DNA of 64,000 nucleotides from Escherichia coli (GTDB lineage Bacteria; Pseudomonadota; Gammaproteobacteria; Enterobacterales; Enterobacteriaceae): NCBI RefSeq assembly GCF_016026235.1, contig NZ_CP065613.1; one strand, 5' to 3'. Shown piece by piece: positions 60,009 to 64,000 of this stretch (position 1 is its first letter; each line of letters starts with the position of its first letter). The notes under the pieces were generated by a model. It saw only the letters and a program-made list of their open reading frames with translations, ran no database searches and was not told where the DNA came from. The position numbers and the translations under genes were made by a program.

Positions 60009-61298
60009 GGGATCCCCAGAAAATTTAGTAAACCATTATCATATTGGTATACCGTTGCTGTAGAACTTTCAGCCCTGCGTCAAGTGACAGTGTGTTTAGT
60101 ATGAGTGGAGAATGTCGAATCACATTCTCCGCCAGTTTTAATAACGAGATGACTCGCCTGTGCTTCACTGTATTTGCCTGATATTTATGATGTATCCCTT
60201 TGTTTTCCAGGCTGAAACCGCTTAACCACATAATGATACTGGCTAATGTTGCGATCAGACTCAATACCGTGACCCGCCCGGATGAATGACTGGCACCAAA
60301 CCGTAGTCCAAATCCCCAGCGAGGATTTTTTTCATCCCTGAAATTTTGCTCAATTTGCATTCTACGGCTGTATAATTTCATTACCTGTTTTGGCGAGAAC
60401 TCAGTACTGTTTGTGAAAATAAACCATGGTGATTTCCCGGCAGTACGAGCTTTAGCCGTCACCGATGGTCTGGTTGCTCTTTCCTTCGAGCGTTTAAATC
60501 TACGACCTTTAGGCTTACTTTTATAAAGATAAAAATGCCCTTCATGTTGTGCATTTTTATCTCGACCCAGCAGGCCTTCACCTAAATAAATTGCTGTCGT
60601 TGATGCTTTTGTGCCTGAGTCCGACACCTTTTCCCAGCCATTACCAACATTGTAATAATGATTGCCCAGTACCCGGCAAATATAGGTCCAGCCACGGGAG
60701 CGGAGCTGTTGGAACCATCGCCCCTGAAAACCGGCATCTGTAATAACAATGACATCAGTCCCGGGGGAAAAGCACTCAGCAAGCGATTCCAGAAAACGCT
60801 CATGTACATCTGCATTCGCTGTCTGTGATGATGGAACGACACAACTCATCAACGGTAAAGAACGCCCGTCACATGCCAGGCTTGCCCGCAAAAGCTGAAA
60901 ACGAGAGGCATGATAAGCACTCCAGTCAATGAGTATCACAACACGAGACATTCCCCGCGTAATCTTTTGGGTAATTCGCTGAAAAATGGTGGAAACCTCA
61001 TTTTGCAAATGTCGATTCCCCAACAGTCGATCCACCCGCTTTATTTTGTTTTTAACTGATGCCGTACCGGTTAAATGACGCCCGATACTGGTAAGTGTGA
61101 GGGAAGCGCCATTTATTACAGCATTAGTTGCGTCAATCAGTGATTTTTGACGGTAAAGATGCAAAGGGGCCAGTATATTGTTAAGGAAATTTTGGCATAA
61201 TGAACGTGCAGGCATAGTGGTGATCTCCTTGAAATTGTTAGCACAATCAATTAGATCACATCTCACTATGCCTGTCTTGTTTTCTGGGGATTCCTCAG
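60005..61298 (-). mobile_element. IS4-family (IS10-like) insertion sequence, ~1.29 kb
   Basis: Terminal inverted repeats CTGAGG(G/A)ATCCCCAGAAAA at 60005..60023 and 61280..61298; flanking direct repeat GGGTATTTCC (59995..60004 and 61299..61308); internal 413 aa transposase. Confidence 0.8.
60025..61266 (-). CDS. IS4-family (IS10-like) transposase
   Basis: 413 aa; stretches resembling IS10 transposase (IKRVDRLLGNRHL, YSRRMQIEQNFRDEK, GFGLR). Confidence 0.8.
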   Translation of the reverse strand: MRCDLIDCANNFKEITTMPARSLCQNFLNNILAPLHLYRQKSLIDATNAVINGASLTLTSIGRHLTGTASVKNKIKRVDRLLGNRHLQNEVSTIFQRITQKITRGMSRVVILIDWSAYHASRFQLLRASLACDGRSLPLMSCVVPSSQTANADVHERFLESLAECFSPGTDVIVITDAGFQGRWFQQLRSRGWTYICRVLGNHYYNVGNGWEKVSDSGTKASTTAIYLGEGLLGRDKNAQHEGHFYLYKSKPKGRRFKRSKERATRPSVTAKARTAGKSPWFIFTNSTEFSPKQVMKLYSRRMQIEQNFRDEKNPRWGFGLRFGASHSSGRVTVLSLIATLASIIMWLSGFSLENKGIHHKYQANTVKHRRVISLLKLAENVIRHSPLILNTLSLDAGLKVLQQRYTNMIMVY

Positions 61299-61615
61299 GG
61301 GTATTTCCTGTAATATGTACTCGACTTCATCCTGGCTCTGTAATGAAACGCCAGTTATTAACCGGCTGGGGGCCTGTTTTTATAATTGGGGATGATCCTT
61401 TTTCTCTGCGCTGGATGAGTGAACATCTGGAGATCCTTAAATCGCTAAATGCCCTTGGTTTGGTTGTTAATGTTGAATCAGTAGAACGAATGGAGGTATT
61501 ACAGCAGCGGGCTGATGGGTTATTGTTATTGCCAGTTATCTGCGATAATTTCGTGCAAACTCTGCAATTAAATGCTTATCCGGTATTAATCACAGAGATG
61601 GAAATATCACAATGA
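61299..61615 (+). pseudogene. 3' part of the IS-disrupted secreted-protein gene
   Basis: Frame continuous with 59799..60004 once the IS and one repeat copy are removed; reconstructed product about 174 aa. Confidence 0.5.
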
Positions 61616-61639
61616 TTAATAACATAATTACTGCAAATA

Positions 61640-61860
61640 ATATCGTAATTTTGAAAATGGTAATCCTGTTCACGACACCATAATTAGAGTTATGTCTTGT
61701 ATCCGTTCAGTATAATTTCACGAATGCTTTATTAACTGGATGCGTGACTGCCATTCATCAAATGATAAAGACGTCATCGCAATTGATGGAAAAGCGCTTC
61801 CACACTCCTATGATAAAAGTGGTCGCAGGAGAGCGGGCTTTCGTAGTAATACCCCGACTC
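61640..61860 (+). pseudogene. second internal fragment of an H-repeat (ISAs1-family) transposase
   Basis: Nucleotide similarity to 58420..58620 (…[21 protein letters not shown]…). Confidence 0.5.
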
Positions 61861-61886
61861 TCCCCGTCCTTAAACACAACCCCCAC

Positions 61887-62666
61887 TCACCACAACCTAA
61901 ACTCATCCGCATCCTGCCATGCCGGAAACTTTTCTCTATATTCCCGCAATGCCATCATCGACAGCTCCGCATCAATGCGCGTTGCCTGATGCGCGTCGGC
62001 AGTAGCGATAATCTCGCCTTGTGGATTAATCACCCGGCTGTCACCGCGATAATGGCAGCCGTTGCCATCGCTGCCGACGCGATTGCATCCCGCCACATAC
62101 GCCTGATTCTCAATCGCGCGGGCCGTCAGCAATGCCTGCCAGTGCAGAGAGCGCGGAGCAGGCCAGTTGGCAACGTAGATGGCGAGGTCATAATCGTTGA
62201 GATTGCGCGACCACACCGGAAAACGTAAGTCGTAGCACACCAACGGCAAAATACGCCAGCCGCGCCATTCCACAATCACTCGCGCATTGCCCGCTTTATA
62301 ATGTAGATGCTCATCTGCCATGCGGAACAGATGACGCTTATCATAAAAATGTACCGTGCCGCCCGGCTCAACCAGCAAAAAGCGGTTAACCGAACCAGAC
62401 TCCGTTTGTAATGCAACACTGCCTGCAATCAGCGCATTGCACTGCTGCGCCTTAGCTGTCATCCAGTTCACTACGTCATCTTGTGCTAGCGACGAAGCTG
62501 CCGCTTCCATGGCAAAGCCGCTGGTAAACATCTCCGGTAGAACGATCACATCGCGCCCGGTAATACCTTCCAGTTGACGATCAAAATGACGCAGGTTGGC
62601 AGGGCCATCCATCCACACCAGTGGTTGCTGCAAAAGCGTAATCTTCAAACCAGGCACGGTGTACAA
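61887..62666 (-). CDS. yafV: nitrilase-superfamily omega-amidase YafV
   Basis: 259 aa ORF (true start probably a few codons in); carbon-nitrogen hydrolase fold. Confidence 0.85.
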   Translation of the reverse strand: MYTVPGLKITLLQQPLVWMDGPANLRHFDRQLEGITGRDVIVLPEMFTSGFAMEAAASSLAQDDVVNWMTAKAQQCNALIAGSVALQTESGSVNRFLLVEPGGTVHFYDKRHLFRMADEHLHYKAGNARVIVEWRGWRILPLVCYDLRFPVWSRNLNDYDLAIYVANWPAPRSLHWQALLTARAIENQAYVAGCNRVGSDGNGCHYRGDSRVINPQGEIIATADAHQATRIDAELSMMALREYREKFPAWQDADEFRLW

Positions 62667-62810
62667 CTCCTTTATGCGAAGGGTTTTATAACTTTAACAC
62701 CTTATCAGGCAGTTGCCTTAGCGCAGAATAAATTGATAACAAATGCTGATATTGGAAATATCTGATTTGCAAATTATCGTGTTATCGCCAGGCTTTAGAA
62801 GGTTAATAAC

Positions 62811-63284
62811 ATGGGCAGGATAAGCTCGGGAGGAATGATGTTTAAGGCAATAACGACAGTCGCCGCTCTGGTCATCGCCACCAGTGCAATGGCGCAGGAT
62901 GATTTAACCATTAGCAGCCTTGCAAAGGGCGAAACCACCAAAGCTGCATTTAATCAGATGGTACAAGGGCATAAGCTGCCTGCCTGGGTGATGAAAGGCG
63001 GTACTTATACTCCCGCACAAACCGTAACGTTGGGAGATGAGACGTATCAGGTGATGAGCGCGTGCAAACCGCATGACTGTGGCTCGCAACGTATCGCTGT
63101 GATGTGGTCCGAGAAATCTAATCAGATGACGGGGCTGTTCTCGACTATTGATGAGAAAACGTCGCAAGAGAAACTCACCTGGCTGAATGTGAACGATGCG
63201 CTTTCGATTGATGGTAAAACGGTGCTGTTCGCGGCGTTGACCGGCAGCCTGGAAAACCATCCGGATGGCTTTAATTTTAAATAA
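62811..63284 (+). CDS. ivy: inhibitor of vertebrate lysozyme
   Basis: 157 aa periplasmic protein with signal peptide and CKPHDCG loop. Confidence 0.9.
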   Translation: MGRISSGGMMFKAITTVAALVIATSAMAQDDLTISSLAKGETTKAAFNQMVQGHKLPAWVMKGGTYTPAQTVTLGDETYQVMSACKPHDCGSQRIAVMWSEKSNQMTGLFSTIDEKTSQEKLTWLNVNDALSIDGKTVLFAALTGSLENHPDGFNFK

Positions 63285-63326
63285 TTGGCGGATAAAGAAA
63301 CGGAGCCTTTCGGCTCCGTTATTCAA

Positions 63327-64000
63327 TTACGCGGCTTCAACTTTCCGCACTTTCTCCGGCAACTTTACCGGCTTCGTCGCCAGCTCTTCCGGATCAAAGT
63401 CATCAACGTTAATACTGCGCAGACGGCTTTCTTCAGCTTTCACCAGAATAGCGGCTTCATCTTTATCAATCAGCCCCTTCGCCAGCGCGTTGTGCGCCAG
63501 TTCATCCAGACGGGTAAACGGCAGGTTTTTACCCAGCTCTTTACAGATCCGCTGATGAATTGGGTCGGCGGCAATCACATCCACCAGCGCCTCTTCCAGC
63601 AAGCCAACCGGATTATGCTCGCTCGGCGTCAGGTACTGACCGCGACCAATGCGGGAACGGGTGGCGTTCGGCACTTGTAAAATCTTCGCCACTTTATGAT
63701 TCAGCTTGTCAGAAGGTGCCAGATAATGACGTCCGGTCGGGAAGATCACCACATTCAGCAGCCCGGCAACCACGCGGTTCGGGAAGTTTTGCAGTAAATC
63801 ATCCATCGCCTGTTCAGCCTGATACAGCGCATCTTGTACGCCCCAGTGCACCAGCGGCAGGTCGGCTTCATTACGGCCTTCGTCGTCATAACGCTTCAGC
63901 ACGGCAGAGGCGAGGTAGAGCTGGCTTAAAATATCCCCCAGACGGGCCGAGATGCGCTCGCGACGTTTCAGGCTGCCGCCCAGCACCGCCATAGACACAT
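63327..64000 (-). CDS. fadE: acyl-CoA dehydrogenase FadE, C-terminal part (runs off the window end)
   Basis: ORF open to the window edge; C-terminal sequence ...[12 protein letters not shown]; synteny after ivy. Confidence 0.8.
   Translation of the reverse strand, partial: VSMAVLGGSLKRRERISARLGDILSQLYLASAVLKRYDDEGRNEADLPLVHWGVQDALYQAEQAMDDLLQNFPNRVVAGLLNVVIFPTGRHYLAPSDKLNHKVAKILQVPNATRSRIGRGQYLTPSEHNPVGLLEEALVDVIAADPIHQRICKELGKNLPFTRLDELAHNALAKGLIDKDEAAILVKAEESRLRSINVDDFDPEELATKPVKLPEKVRKVEAA

Noticed and set aside
61740-62228. 162-aa ORF overlapping yafV on the opposite strand
   Set aside because: It combines an H-repeat fragment with yafV antisense sequence; no coherent protein and it conflicts with the well-supported yafV call.

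Overview
Enterobacterial (Escherichia coli-like) chromosomal window covering the conserved yaeR-tilS ... metNIQ-gmhB-rrnH-dkgB ... rnhA-dnaQ-aspV backbone, followed by a ~30 kb type VI secretion system (T6SS) island inserted next to tRNA-Asp (aspV), then yafV-ivy-fadE. The rrnH operon is complete (16S, tRNA-Ile, tRNA-Ala, 23S, 5S, tRNA-Asp). The T6SS island carries a V. cholerae-like core (tssB, tssC, tssE, tssF, tssG, FHA protein, tssJ, tssK, tssL, clpV, vasI-like, tssA, tssM, vasL-like, two hcp genes, vgrG) and a low-GC cargo region. The cargo region is the most interesting part: a VgrG-coupled HExxH protein with a downstream partner gene, an orphan vgrG 3' remnant, a putative adaptor gene, two tandem paralogous lipoprotein genes and a DUF2235/Tle1-like phospholipase gene, all joined by a repeated start/stop-overlap motif. 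Two IS elements are present (IS150-like between tilS and rof; IS10-like inside a small secreted-protein gene), and several genes look interrupted (tssF, yaeQ, yafT, a yafF-like H-repeat transposase). All calls come from reading the sequence and ORF translations; no database search was run.
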